Shown: one piece after another, positions 9,893-19,974 of the stretch
Numbering within the stretch: position 1 is the first letter of the stretch
Layout: every line of letters begins with the position of its first letter
Virus record (IMG/VR): IMGVR_UViG_3300048597_000651
Coordinates: 1-50,608 of that record
Direction: 5' to 3' (one strand)
Source of the DNA: a virus
Lineage: Duplodnaviria; Caudoviricetes
DNA length: 50,608 nt
Position numbers and translations under genes: made by a program
The notes under the pieces: model-generated
What the model was told of the DNA's origin: nothing
Database searches by the model: none
Seen by the model: the letters and a program-made list of their open reading frames with translations, nothing else

Positions 9893-10576
9893 TTAGCCTT
9901 CACCCTCCAGCACGGTGATCGTGAACACGTTCGCCATGTAGCGCGTGCCGCCCTGGTTGGCAGTGCTGGTTTTGACCAGCGCCTGCCGCACTTCGTCTTT
10001 GGTGACATAGGCCGAATGCACCAACCCGCCGAGCGTGCGATTGCGGAAGATCAGGTCATAGAACACGCCGGTGAACTCGCGCGTGCGGCGATCCGCCTCT
10101 GCGGTCTCCTGCGCCAGCACATGGCAGGCGATGGCGTTGATGTTGTATTCGCGCGTCGTCAGCACGCCGAACGTGTCGGACGTGTTCACGCCGCCCATGT
10201 ATTCGAAGAACATGAACGGCCCCGACTCACTGAACACTGGCGGGATCGCGTCATACACCCAGCGCAGGTAGGGTTCAATGCGCACCGCCGGCGGGCCGTC
10301 GTAGCCCATGCCGGTGTCGAGCATTGTCACGTCGGCGATGCTGCCGGCGGCCACGCGTGCCGCGCCTTCAGCAGGGTATTGGCCGCCATCGAAAGCCAGT
10401 CGCACATAGTCGGCATAGCCACTGCCGCCGGCGTCCACCGTCGCGGCGGTTATCGCGCCGGACTCAACGCTGGCTGATATCTGCGCGCCGAAACCATCTG
10501 CGGTAAGCGCCTGCCGAGCAATGTCGGCCAGCGTCAGAATAACTGGGCGAATGTCGTAGCGCATGGCAGTCGTCAT
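9893..10576 (-). CDS. Tail completion/terminator-like protein with inserted GGSGY-repeat domain
   Basis: RTLGGLV C-terminal motif and synteny; internal AITAATVDAGGSGY...SIADVTMLDTGMGY insert. Confidence 0.55.
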   Translation of the reverse strand: MTTAMRYDIRPVILTLADIARQALTADGFGAQISASVESGAITAATVDAGGSGYADYVRLAFDGGQYPAEGAARVAAGSIADVTMLDTGMGYDGPPAVRIEPYLRWVYDAIPPVFSESGPFMFFEYMGGVNTSDTFGVLTTREYNINAIACHVLAQETAEADRRTREFTGVFYDLIFRNRTLGGLVHSAYVTKDEVRQALVKTSTANQGGTRYMANVFTITVLEGEG

Positions 10577-11163
10577 GGGCGCACCCGCTCGTAAGGCGAC
10601 AGCGCCTGCACGATGTCGCTTGGCGTGGCGCTGGGCACCACGATTTGCCCCACGTCGGGGAAGGCGGTCACCTCAAACGGGGCTTCGCGCTTGTGATACA
10701 TGAACGCCGTCATGCGCGCCGCGGACAGGATGATGTCGTCAGGCAGCACGGCATAGCCACCTTGATACGATAGACGCGTGAACAGCCGGCCTGTGCGCGG
10801 CGCGTTCACATTCAGAAACGTCAGCACATAGCCGGCGATGTCGAGTTGGTCGAGCGGCAGCGCCGTCCAAGTTTTTAGGTCGGTGGAATACTCCGCGCTC
10901 GTGACGAATTGGCAATAGCCCTTCGACGTGGTGACCACCAACGCGCCGTCGTCTGCGCTCACCACCTGTGGCGCGCGCCGAATCTCGCCGGTGATGGCCT
11001 CATCGTCGAATGCGCGCCGGCCACCTGGCAGCATGTGCCTGCACACGCGATCGACGCGCGCGCAGGCGCGCGGGATGCGCTCGGCAATCGCGTTGTCGTC
11101 GATTGCGCTTGCGCCCTGCTTAACCAGTTCCGTGCGTGCCTCTTCGAGCGTGCAATAATCCAC
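10573..11163 (-). CDS. Head-tail connector/adaptor
   Basis: MDYCTLEEAR start and YQGGY..LPDDII motif, typical of gp6/gp15-like adaptors. Confidence 0.8.
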   Translation of the reverse strand: MDYCTLEEARTELVKQGASAIDDNAIAERIPRACARVDRVCRHMLPGGRRAFDDEAITGEIRRAPQVVSADDGALVVTTSKGYCQFVTSAEYSTDLKTWTALPLDQLDIAGYVLTFLNVNAPRTGRLFTRLSYQGGYAVLPDDIILSAARMTAFMYHKREAPFEVTAFPDVGQIVVPSATPSDIVQALSPYERVRP

Positions 11164-11179
11164 GTTGCGCCCCTATTTA

Positions 11180-11401
11180 TTACGCCTTCTTACTGCGCTT
11201 TGGCTTGTCGTCGGTCTCTTCGAGCGACTTCTCCGCCGGCACATCAGTCGTCTCGCTCTCGACCGGCACAAGCTCGCCGCTGTCGATGAGCGGCCGAAAC
11301 GCCGGCACGTGCTCATCGGGAATATCGACCACGCCGTCGCCGGCAAAGAATTGGGTCTCGCCGTGCGACACGCTGTTGAACTCTGTTTTGAAAATTGCCA
11401 T
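11180..11401 (-). CDS. Small capsid-associated hypothetical protein
   Basis: MAIFKTEFN..., acidic/basic tail, directly after the capsid gene. Confidence 0.6.
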   Translation of the reverse strand: MAIFKTEFNSVSHGETQFFAGDGVVDIPDEHVPAFRPLIDSGELVPVESETTDVPAEKSLEETDDKPKRSKKA

Positions 11402-11499
11402 GTGTTTAGTGTTCCGTTTGGTGCTGGGCCGGCTGCCCTTGCGGAAAGCTCGCAAGGGCAGCCGGCCACTTGTCCGTCAATCAACCAACACGCTGCGGC

Positions 11500-13014
11500 T
11501 TACACGCCGTCGGCGATGTTCGTGATGAGGCCGATTGCCGACGGGAAATAATGTGCCAGCACGCCGTCGAAATACACACCCGACTCGTACTGTCGCTTGG
11601 TGATCGGCCAGTCGATCTGGTAGTAGTCCTGACGCAGGTGCATCTCGACCACGTTCGAGACGTTCGCCGCCGGATAGGGCAGCGTGTCCACGTGCGCCAT
11701 GATCGTGCCTGGCGCGGCATCGGGATGCAGCGCGATCTGGATCAATTGACCGCCGTTCATCGAATAGCGGTTCAGGTAGGAGCCGACCACGGAGCCGGCC
11801 ACCACGCCATTCACGCCGCTGGAGAAATCGCCGGTCATGCGCACGATGGGGCTGCCGCCGTTTTTAATCACGAGCGCGGTCATGTTCTTCACTTCCTGCG
11901 AAGACACATACAACACGTTCGGACTCAGGCGATACAAATCCCACATGCTCTTGAGCAGCGTCTCCACCTGGTCGATGGCGCCGTCGTTGTTCGACGCGGC
12001 CAGCTTCGTGCCGGTGCCGGCGGTGCCGGTTGCCAGTGCCTGCACCGTGCCCCCCTGAAAACCGATGTTGAGCAGACCGTCGAACTCATAGGCGTTCTGC
12101 GAGCGGTCGGCGGTGAACAGCGTGCTGAGCGCCTGCCCCGTGCCGGCCAGCGCAGTGAGCTTCACCGAGTTGATCGTCGTGATCGCTTCGAGCTTCTCGT
12201 TGCCGCTCGTGCCGACATACCACGCATACGCCACCGCGCCGTTGACTGCGGTCACCGACGCGCTGATCGTGCTGGTCGAGCCGGTGGTCGTGGTCGAGCC
12301 GGCGGTGGACTTCTGCGCAGTGCCAGGGTTGTAGGTGTAGGTCGTGCCGTCGGGCATCGTCACCGTTTGCACGCCTGGCACGCCGCCGACCAGGTCGGAC
12401 GCGAGCCAGCCGGCATGCGTGAGCGCGACCGCATACACGTTGTAGGTGGCCGCGGCAATCGAGCCACCGCTGGCCGCGTTGGCAACCGTCGGCGTCGGCG
12501 TGGTGCCGAGTGCGACCGCGCTGCCGTTGCCGCCGAAGATCAGCCGCTCTTCCTGGATCATGTTCGCCCACAGCAGCCGCTGCGCCATGGTTGCGCGGAT
12601 GTCCTCGAAGTTCACCGCGGCGTTGACAGCCTCGAAAGTCACGTAGTCTTCCAGACCGACTGTTTTGTAGCTCGCCAACTTGTCGGCGGTCGTCATCGCG
12701 ACCGTGCCGTTGCGCTTGCCTTCCGGCACTGCGCCGCGCAACTTGCCGGTGTTGATCGCGGTGACCACCTTCCAGCGCGTGGCAATGTCGCCGCTGCCCT
12801 TCACGCGCGGGATTTTGTTGCGCAGCGGCGTGATGACTGGAAAGAGGTTTTTGGCCGGCGTTTGCAGGTCATACCACACAAGGCCGGTCGATTGCGTGAT
12901 GGCCTTGTTCAGGATGCGCGGGTCGCCGGCCAGCGGCGAGCGCGCGGACTTCTCAAACAGCGCGATGGTGTCCTGGTTGATTTCACTCAAGCCAGAGATG
13001 TAATTACGGGTCAT
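11500..13014 (-). CDS. Major capsid protein with Ser/Thr-rich beta insertion
   Basis: 504 aa after the protease/scaffold gene; AGGAG RBS; YDLQTPAKNLFPVITPLRNKIPR and terminal GLITNI typical of HK97-fold capsid proteins. Confidence 0.85.
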   Translation of the reverse strand: MTRNYISGLSEINQDTIALFEKSARSPLAGDPRILNKAITQSTGLVWYDLQTPAKNLFPVITPLRNKIPRVKGSGDIATRWKVVTAINTGKLRGAVPEGKRNGTVAMTTADKLASYKTVGLEDYVTFEAVNAAVNFEDIRATMAQRLLWANMIQEERLIFGGNGSAVALGTTPTPTVANAASGGSIAAATYNVYAVALTHAGWLASDLVGGVPGVQTVTMPDGTTYTYNPGTAQKSTAGSTTTTGSTSTISASVTAVNGAVAYAWYVGTSGNEKLEAITTINSVKLTALAGTGQALSTLFTADRSQNAYEFDGLLNIGFQGGTVQALATGTAGTGTKLAASNNDGAIDQVETLLKSMWDLYRLSPNVLYVSSQEVKNMTALVIKNGGSPIVRMTGDFSSGVNGVVAGSVVGSYLNRYSMNGGQLIQIALHPDAAPGTIMAHVDTLPYPAANVSNVVEMHLRQDYYQIDWPITKRQYESGVYFDGVLAHYFPSAIGLITNIADGV

Positions 13015-13086
13015 GTCAAATCTCCTGTGAGAATGGGAATAACGGGTTGCGATGATCGACGATCAATGGACGCCTAGCGCAGTCAG

Positions 13087-14538
13087 CTAACTCAGTCGCA
13101 TGCCGCCGGCGCGATGGGTCAGCCGGATTGCTTCCTGTGCGCGCTTCGCCATTAACGACTGGCGGACAGCAGGGTCTTTCTCTTCGTCGATCAACCGATC
13201 CAGCGACGCGATGAGCGTGTCGCTGTCATTCGCGGCCGCGCCAATGGGCAACTCACGCAGCACAGGGCCAGAGCCAGCGGGCTGTTTCTCCAGCTTTTCA
13301 ATTCGACCTTCAAACGCGCCCAGCCGGGCCGTTACCTCATCGAATCGTTTCGCCAGATCAGTGCTTGCCAGTTCGGCCTTTTGCAGCGGTTGCACAGCGG
13401 CAGTCGTGAATTCCTTGAGAATCGCCTTCACATCGTCAATCAATTCGGACTTGAACTGAGACGTGAAGTCGTTGAAATGGGCTTTGTTCATGTTGTCTTC
13501 AGCAAGCGCGGCAGTCTCAGCAGTTACCTCCGCCGGCGTCTCAGTAGAGGCCTCAGCAGGGGTCTCGGCGGGTGTCTCGGCGGGTGTCTCAGTGGACGCT
13601 TCAAGCTGCGCTTCGAGCGATTCATCCTGCGCAGCATCCACTGCCGCTGCTTGTGTGGCCGCGGCCTGCTCAGCGACTTTGTCGTTGAGCGCGCTGGTGA
13701 GCAGTTGTGCGGCGGCAGAGAGTTTTGACGCAACATCGGCGTTGCTGCCGCTCATCGTGCCGGCCAGACCGCTCACAAACGCAAGCGCGCTGGCGATGTC
13801 CTGCACGGCCATGCCGGCAGAGAAGGCCGCCCACGCCGGCTCGTCGCTCATGTCTTTTTGGAGCTTCGCAACATCCGCGTCTGCTCCTGCATCCGCGTTC
13901 GCATCCGCGTTCGCAGCGACGCACATGCCACCGAGCGCGCAGGCGCTGTCATGAATGGCTTGCACGAGATGCTGATCGCCGGCGGAATGTCGCGCGCCGG
14001 CTTTTGCAAGCTCATTCAAATCGCCGGCCAGCTTCACCAGATCGGGCGCGGGGATGACAAACGGATGTTGCTCTTCCACGCCATCGGCCTTCACCATGGT
14101 GAACGTCGCCCCGCGCATGCACGGGTTGTCAACAATGCTCACTTCGCTGGGAATGGCTTCATAGCGCATCAGGCCGTTCTCGTATTTTTGCGTGCCGTAG
14201 CGGCCACCGACACTGAAGCCGGTGTACACGCCTTCGATGACTTTCTTCCATTCGCCATCGTCGATGATCTTCGTGCCGACGATGACGCGCTTTGCCTCAT
14301 CGTCAAACCGCATGTCGATCACCTTGCCGGCGGCAACGGGTTGGTGCATGGCGCGCACATTGCCGAGCGATTTGCCGCCCGTCGCATCGCTGATCGTCTT
14401 CGACCACTCCTGAAAGCGCGGCTTGGAGAGCGCGTAATCCATGATCTCGCCGGATTTATCCGGCGCTTCCTCGGCGGCCACGCCCCACACCTCTCGGCGC
14501 TGCTCATCGACTTTCGTGATCGGAATGAATACATTCAT
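13087..14538 (-). CDS. Prohead protease fused to scaffold
   Basis: KVDEQRREVWG, VRAMHQP, YTGFSVGG and EVSIVDNP motifs; acidic/coiled C-terminal half. Confidence 0.85.
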   Translation of the reverse strand: MNVFIPITKVDEQRREVWGVAAEEAPDKSGEIMDYALSKPRFQEWSKTISDATGGKSLGNVRAMHQPVAAGKVIDMRFDDEAKRVIVGTKIIDDGEWKKVIEGVYTGFSVGGRYGTQKYENGLMRYEAIPSEVSIVDNPCMRGATFTMVKADGVEEQHPFVIPAPDLVKLAGDLNELAKAGARHSAGDQHLVQAIHDSACALGGMCVAANADANADAGADADVAKLQKDMSDEPAWAAFSAGMAVQDIASALAFVSGLAGTMSGSNADVASKLSAAAQLLTSALNDKVAEQAAATQAAAVDAAQDESLEAQLEASTETPAETPAETPAEASTETPAEVTAETAALAEDNMNKAHFNDFTSQFKSELIDDVKAILKEFTTAAVQPLQKAELASTDLAKRFDEVTARLGAFEGRIEKLEKQPAGSGPVLRELPIGAAANDSDTLIASLDRLIDEEKDPAVRQSLMAKRAQEAIRLTHRAGGMRLS

Positions 14539-14561
14539 GTTTCCTCAACGAAATTCCCAAC

Positions 14562-14632
14562 GGGAAAAGCAAAACGCGGGCGCCGAAGACTTTCGAGATT
14601 GCTCTCTACTTGGTTCTTCAGCGCCCGCGTTT
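14562..14632 (-). terminator. Structured leader/terminator upstream of the prohead protease gene
   Basis: 18-bp stem (14572-14589/14615-14632) with a U-G pair on the minus strand, internal GAGA-GCAA-UCUC hairpin, followed by UUUUGCUUUUCCC. Confidence 0.7.
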
Positions 14633-14706
14633 CAGTGATTAACCCCAGCGGGGTTTTGTATCTACTTTAACGCGCGGCCAGATCGACACCGCATTTGCTG
14701 ATTGAG

Positions 14707-14734
14707 ATTCTAGCACGCTTGTTCTGTGCGTCAA
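14707..14734 (-). promoter_or_regulatory. Putative sigma70 promoter for the capsid operon
   Basis: TTGACG-16bp-TAGAAT with a TGn extended -10. Confidence 0.55.
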
Positions 14735-14739
14735 TATCA

Positions 14740-15150
14740 TCACAATCCCGCGAGATACGACTCAATGCTGCGCCCAATCTCGTCGGCAATTGCATCAAGG
14801 TCTTTCTCGACGACATTCGGCAACTGCCACCACCTGCCCTGATGCATCCATGCCTGCTCATCATCGCCGCCGATGACGTAGGGCGCGTAGGGAATGTTCG
14901 AGCCGATGACGCCGGTCACGCCGGCGCCGTCGGCATACACTTCTTCGGTAATCGACTGCCCCAGTTTGCCGGTGCGCACGTAGCTGGAGTTGGCCGGCGA
15001 CGCCGGATAGGGCGGCAGATGCTGATGCAGCAAATAGAAGCCGCGCTTCATGCCTGGCAGCACGGCCTGCTGAAACCGCGCCGGCGTGAAGCCCTTCGCC
15101 AGCTTGTCGATGTATTCGCGATTGGTGATCGCGACGCTGAAACCGATCAT
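14740..15150 (-). CDS. HK97 gp10-like / virion morphogenesis protein
   Basis: YVRTGKLGQSI...VIGSNIPYAPYV motif. Confidence 0.7.
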   Translation of the reverse strand: MIGFSVAITNREYIDKLAKGFTPARFQQAVLPGMKRGFYLLHQHLPPYPASPANSSYVRTGKLGQSITEEVYADGAGVTGVIGSNIPYAPYVIGGDDEQAWMHQGRWWQLPNVVEKDLDAIADEIGRSIESYLAGL

Positions 15151-15488
15151 GGCCTTGGCGTGACGTAAAGAGGCACCACGCCTTCGGTGAGCATGCGATA
15201 CAGTTTCGCGATAATGAGTTTGGCGTTGTGTCCATCGGTGCCGTGATTGAATCGCTGCGCATAGAGCAAAGCGAATTCAATTTCTTTCGTTTCGCGGTCG
15301 GTCAATCCAGCACCCTGCCGCACTTCAATCACGCGCACGGACTGAGCCGCGGCGCTCCATGCACTGCGCACCTCATCGCCCAATTCACTCCACGCGGGGA
15401 TGGGGCGACCATCAAAGGTTGTGCCGCGCTTCGCCTCCGTGTAGGCATCAAATGCCATCTGTCCAAACGATCTAGTTTCTTCGCTCAT
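15147..15488 (-). CDS. Hypothetical phage protein
   Basis: 113 aa with an AGGAG RBS, coupled to the next gene. Confidence 0.65.
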   Translation of the reverse strand: MSEETRSFGQMAFDAYTEAKRGTTFDGRPIPAWSELGDEVRSAWSAAAQSVRVIEVRQGAGLTDRETKEIEFALLYAQRFNHGTDGHNAKLIIAKLYRMLTEGVVPLYVTPRP

Positions 15489-15553
15489 TTAACTCCTTTT
15501 AGCAACTTTCCAATTTGCCGGCACGCATCCAGCCGGGTCTGTGTTGTATTCAC

Positions 15554-18172
15554 TCATGGCACCAACCCCGTTTCTTCGTCCCACCCATCCGGCTTCTCCA
15601 GCACGGGCACCACGTAGCACCGGCAGCCTGGATGCGCGCCAGGACGCTCATATCGCTTGTCGGTCTCAGGATCGACAAAGGGTGATCCAATGGGGCGCAT
15701 CTGCCCCACGAGCCGGCCACACACCGGACACACGCCATCATCCTGCACGCTGTTCCACATGTTGCCCCACACGCCGGCGGCCTCCCACGCCAGGTGGTTG
15801 CCAGCGGCAAAAGCGTTGGTCGTCTCGCTCTGCGCAATCAAGCGCGCGCGCTTGGGGTCGTCGATGAGCGCGTTGACGCGCTGGGTAAGCGCCGGCAACG
15901 CTTCGCCGGCTTTGATCCAGTCTGCGACCGCAACGCGAATGTCTGCAACGGTCGTTGCCTGCAACTGTTTGATGAGCCTGCCGGCATTCGCGCGCGCCCA
16001 CGACTCTGCCGCCGTATTGACCAGCGACCAATCCACGCTGGCGCGCAAGCCGGCAGAGATGACACCAGGCGCATCGCCGGCCCTACCGCGCGCCTCATCC
16101 GTGCCGTGCGTGATCGAACGCAACAGCCACACAAACACCGCCGGCAGCAGGATCACGATGAAGGATTGCCAGAACGATGCGCCGGTCGACATGCTGCTCG
16201 CGGCCGGCGGAACAGGCGCAGGATCATCGGCGCGCTTTGATCGCCCCTGCGAAGCGGCCAACGCGTCAATGTAGGCGTGCCAAAGTTCGGGATTGTCAGC
16301 CGCTATCGCTTCGGCCTGCGCTTGATCTCCAGCGGCCAACGCGCCGCTGATGAGTGCCAGTTTCGCCGCCAGATCATCCGTCATGCCGTCCTCGATCTTG
16401 CGCCGCCCCGCCGTCGGATGCTGTTCACCCTTCGACAGGGTCAACGCTTTTGGGATGTCTCGTGTTCGGAATATCTTGTTGATGTCGCTGGCGTTGTTTG
16501 CCAGTGCGAGCGCGCCACGGATGCGCTTTTGCACTGATAGCGGTATCGCGCCGGCGCTCACTGCCGGCGGCTCACAGTCGGGTTTTTTTCCGTCCCACAA
16601 TCTCCGCACCGATTTCTCGCGCCAGTGATCCAGAGCGAGTTTGGTAAATGCCGGCGGCACGTCGTCTTTGGCCGTTGCACTGGCCGGCGTGTCGTCCTGC
16701 GGTGCGTCTGCACCATCCCCGCCATCATCGCCGGCAAATGGCGCGAGTTGCGCCGGTGGTGACGCAAGGGGCGAAACAGCGGGCGAAACAGCGGGCGGCG
16801 GCGGATTAAACAGATCATCGAGCAGGATCGGCGCACCGGACACGATGATGAACGGTTTGGCGTTGGCGATGGCCGGCTGACCCTCTTTCGCGCGCCACAC
16901 GTTGATGTCGATCACGCCGTTTTGAAGCTGCGTTTGCATCAGCGCTGCCGCTGCGGCTTTGTCTTCCTCCGGCCCAATATTCACGAAACGCCACACCAGC
17001 GGCAATTTGGTCTGGCGTTGCACGATGCCGGTGAAAAGGTTTTGCAGATACTGCGTCAGCGGCCCAATGCCGAAGCGGTACATGCTGTTTTCCTGCCCTT
17101 CGAGAAACCCCTTGCCGCCGAGTCCCGCGCCGGCCACCAGCCCCAGCTCGCTGGGCAGGAAACCAAACGCGTAGCAGGTCATGCGCAACATCCACTCGTC
17201 GAATGCGTTCGACGCGGCAGCATCTGGCCGGCGAAATTCATACACCGGCTGCCCGCCGCCCGGGCTGGGCAGGAACTTGATGCGGCGCAGCTTCTCGACG
17301 TTGCCGGCCAGGAGTGCATCGATGTAGTTCTGAAACGTCTCGATCTGCTCAGGCGTCCAGTCGGAAGGTAGAAACGCGAATGCCTCCGGCACGTTGGTTG
17401 TGTCCCAGTACGACGTGGCGGCGAACTGCCGGCGCAGCGCCTCATTGATGCGCAGGATCAAAAACTCAATCGGGCTTTTGCCGTAGGGGCTGGATGCGCT
17501 CGTGTTGAACGGGCGATACAGCAGGCGGTCGGCGGTGAACCACTGCCAGTTGCGCCCCTTGATGGCCTGCATGTACGCCGGCACGGGCGCGCGCGGGATG
17601 CGTCCACGCTGGTCGAGCAGCGGGCGAATCGTGCTACCGTCGATCTGCTCCACGCTCACGATTTGGCCGCCGGCGTCCTGATCGATCCACAGGCTCACCG
17701 CGTCATACACCAGCAGATCCTCGAGCACCGCGTTGCACCACGCATCGAACTCCGTCATGCCGTCAGGCTTGCGCCAGAATGCGCGCAGCGCGTCGATCTC
17801 GCCGGCGTAGTCGGTTTTGTCAGCCAGATCGCCCTTCTGGATGTCCCATTCCAGCGAGCGAATCTCGCGCTTCACCGCCTCAATCACGATGCGCACGGCG
17901 TCTGACACATCGGCGAAGTTTTTGAGTTGCGCAAACGGCATCTGCCCATACCCGCTGCGCGGCGTCATATACAGGTTGATGCCGGACTGGTAGTCGAACA
18001 CGCGTGGCTTTTCAGCGGCGTCGGCAAAGGGCGGCAGGGGAATGCCAGGGGTGAACACGCCGTTCGCGCCCCACGCGCCGGCGTAGGCTTGCGCCATCTG
18101 CGTGCCCGTCTGCGTGCCGGCGGGAGCCGCGCTCGTTGCATCGGTTGCATCGTTGATCTCGTTATTCGCCAT
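15554..18172 (-). CDS. Portal protein fused to MuF-like minor head protein
   Basis: N-terminal portal motifs (IDGSTIRP, YGKSPIE); C-terminal RARLIAQSETT...VCPVC...PGAHPGCRC. Confidence 0.85.
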   Translation of the reverse strand: MANNEINDATDATSAAPAGTQTGTQMAQAYAGAWGANGVFTPGIPLPPFADAAEKPRVFDYQSGINLYMTPRSGYGQMPFAQLKNFADVSDAVRIVIEAVKREIRSLEWDIQKGDLADKTDYAGEIDALRAFWRKPDGMTEFDAWCNAVLEDLLVYDAVSLWIDQDAGGQIVSVEQIDGSTIRPLLDQRGRIPRAPVPAYMQAIKGRNWQWFTADRLLYRPFNTSASSPYGKSPIEFLILRINEALRRQFAATSYWDTTNVPEAFAFLPSDWTPEQIETFQNYIDALLAGNVEKLRRIKFLPSPGGGQPVYEFRRPDAAASNAFDEWMLRMTCYAFGFLPSELGLVAGAGLGGKGFLEGQENSMYRFGIGPLTQYLQNLFTGIVQRQTKLPLVWRFVNIGPEEDKAAAAALMQTQLQNGVIDINVWRAKEGQPAIANAKPFIIVSGAPILLDDLFNPPPPAVSPAVSPLASPPAQLAPFAGDDGGDGADAPQDDTPASATAKDDVPPAFTKLALDHWREKSVRRLWDGKKPDCEPPAVSAGAIPLSVQKRIRGALALANNASDINKIFRTRDIPKALTLSKGEQHPTAGRRKIEDGMTDDLAAKLALISGALAAGDQAQAEAIAADNPELWHAYIDALAASQGRSKRADDPAPVPPAASSMSTGASFWQSFIVILLPAVFVWLLRSITHGTDEARGRAGDAPGVISAGLRASVDWSLVNTAAESWARANAGRLIKQLQATTVADIRVAVADWIKAGEALPALTQRVNALIDDPKRARLIAQSETTNAFAAGNHLAWEAAGVWGNMWNSVQDDGVCPVCGRLVGQMRPIGSPFVDPETDKRYERPGAHPGCRCYVVPVLEKPDGWDEETGLVP

Positions 18173-19652
18173 GCTGTCCTCCTTGTTGCGTCTCTTCGTT
18201 CTGCATGCGCTCCATCTGCGATTGCGCGTGCTGCACCCACCCTGGCGTGCCGCTCGACATCATTGCAAACACCCCGCTGACGGCATCCACGCGATCATCG
18301 TGTGCCGCAAACGGGAATGCGCTCATCTCCTCCACCCAATCCGCGATCCATGTGTCGTCGTTGACGGTTTCCCGAACCAGCGCGAGCTTGCCCATCTCGG
18401 CGCGGTCGGCCACCGGCTGGGCGCGCGCGATTTTGTCGGTGTGCACATCCACCGCGCGCAGGGCGATGTTGACCAGTTCCTTTTCTCGCATCAGTTCCTG
18501 CACCATCGGCGCGCCGTGGGCCTTAGCCTCGACACCATGCCGCGTGTCGCGCTCGTCGAGCATCAGCTCCTTGACCATCCTGCGCGCATCGGGGCTTTCC
18601 ATTTTGCCGGCGCGACCACGTCGCAGATACAGCATGCCATCTGCGCCAAATGCCCCAGCAATCGTGGCGGTGTTGTCGGCCTGTTGTTTGAGGCTGTATG
18701 CCAGGTCGTAATAACGCACCCAGCGCAAGCCCGCCGGCGCCGCATCGACAATGCGCAGCCACGGCTTTTTGAAAATAGAGCCTTCAGCGGGGCGCGGCTT
18801 CTGTTGGTATTTTGCCAACCACGAACGTTCACTCACGCCGCGAATGGCGTTGAGTTCTGCCAGCGGCCAGCGCGCCGGCCACAACGCATCGCCGCTTTTG
18901 CGTCCAAGCGGGTCGGCGTCTTCGGCGATGGCGGGCAGTGTGACCACCTGCCATCGTTCACCTTTGCGCGTTGCATCGTTGAGCAGCCGGCCGGCGAGAT
19001 CGTCCTCATGCCATCGCTGCATCATGCAGATGATGGCGCCGCCAGGCTCTAAGCGCGGGCGGATTGTGTCGGTATACCAGGTGTAGACGCTTTCGCGCGC
19101 GGCCATGCTGTCAGCCTCCTCGGCTTTGCCGATGGGGTCGTCGATGATGATGACGCGCGCGCCCTGCCCCGTCGGCGACCCACCCACACCCACAGCGAGC
19201 ATGGCAGGGCGCGTGTGCTTGTGCAGCGTCCACCGCTGCACAGTGGCGTTGTCGTCGCTGAGTTGCGTCAGCGGGAACAGGTTCTGATATGACTCCATCT
19301 CGATCATGTTGCGGACGTTGCGGCTGAATGTGTAGGCCAGTTCGGCAGTGTGACTCGTCACCATGAACTGCTGCGACCTGTCGCGCCCCAGGCACCACGC
19401 CGGCCACAACTCGCTTGTCAACTTCGATTTGCCGTGTCTGGGCGGCGCAAAAATCATCAGGCGCTTCACATCGCCCCGTTCCACCCGCTCCAGCCATTCG
19501 GCAATGTGCGCCAGATGCGACGCCGGCTCATACGACGAATCCACCAAATGGACAAAGTCCATCAGGTGCCGGCGCGCCAGCTCGCGCTGTGCCTCCTCAC
19601 GGCGATTTCGCTCCCTTCTGTCCAGTTCCGCCCGCGCCTGCAACGATGGCAC
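18162..19652 (-). CDS. terL: Terminase large subunit
   Basis: APPRHGKS Walker A, IIIDDP Walker B, YYDLA nuclease motif and HDDRVDA; start estimated at GTG 19652. Confidence 0.93.
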   Translation of the reverse strand: MPSLQARAELDRRERNRREEAQRELARRHLMDFVHLVDSSYEPASHLAHIAEWLERVERGDVKRLMIFAPPRHGKSKLTSELWPAWCLGRDRSQQFMVTSHTAELAYTFSRNVRNMIEMESYQNLFPLTQLSDDNATVQRWTLHKHTRPAMLAVGVGGSPTGQGARVIIIDDPIGKAEEADSMAARESVYTWYTDTIRPRLEPGGAIICMMQRWHEDDLAGRLLNDATRKGERWQVVTLPAIAEDADPLGRKSGDALWPARWPLAELNAIRGVSERSWLAKYQQKPRPAEGSIFKKPWLRIVDAAPAGLRWVRYYDLAYSLKQQADNTATIAGAFGADGMLYLRRGRAGKMESPDARRMVKELMLDERDTRHGVEAKAHGAPMVQELMREKELVNIALRAVDVHTDKIARAQPVADRAEMGKLALVRETVNDDTWIADWVEEMSAFPFAAHDDRVDAVSGVFAMMSSGTPGWVQHAQSQMERMQNEETQQGGQHGE

Positions 19653-19974
19653 GGAGTTCGTCGTCACTGAGGTCGGCAAGCTCGCTCCAGGCATCTTCGT
19701 CGGCGCGCTCAAACCCGATGGTTTGTTTCGGCTTGCCGATGAGGTATTCGTAGATTTGCTGCCGCGCCCGCGCGCGGACTTGCCCGTCTCCCTCGGTCGT
19801 CGCGTCCTTGAGGTTGACCTCGACGACTTTGCGGAAGTCCTCTTCGTCGATGACCGCCGCGATGATCGCGAGCCGCGCGGCTTCGCGGGCTTTCGGCGCC
19901 CGCCCGCCGATGCCTTTGTGCCCTTCGACAAATTGCCCTTTTTCGTTGCGCTCACTCACATCAACCTCTGTCAT
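19597..19974 (-). CDS. terS: Terminase small subunit
   Basis: RNEKGQFVEGHKG N-terminus, GKPKQ and LSDDEL motifs; directly upstream of terL. Confidence 0.75.
   Translation of the reverse strand: MTEVDVSERNEKGQFVEGHKGIGGRAPKAREAARLAIIAAVIDEEDFRKVVEVNLKDATTEGDGQVRARARQQIYEYLIGKPKQTIGFERADEDAWSELADLSDDELRAIVAGAGGTGQKGAKSP

Noticed and set aside
19653-19955. Basic N-terminal extension of terL in the ORF track
   Set aside because: It is the alternate frame of terS. The plausible terL start is near 19652.
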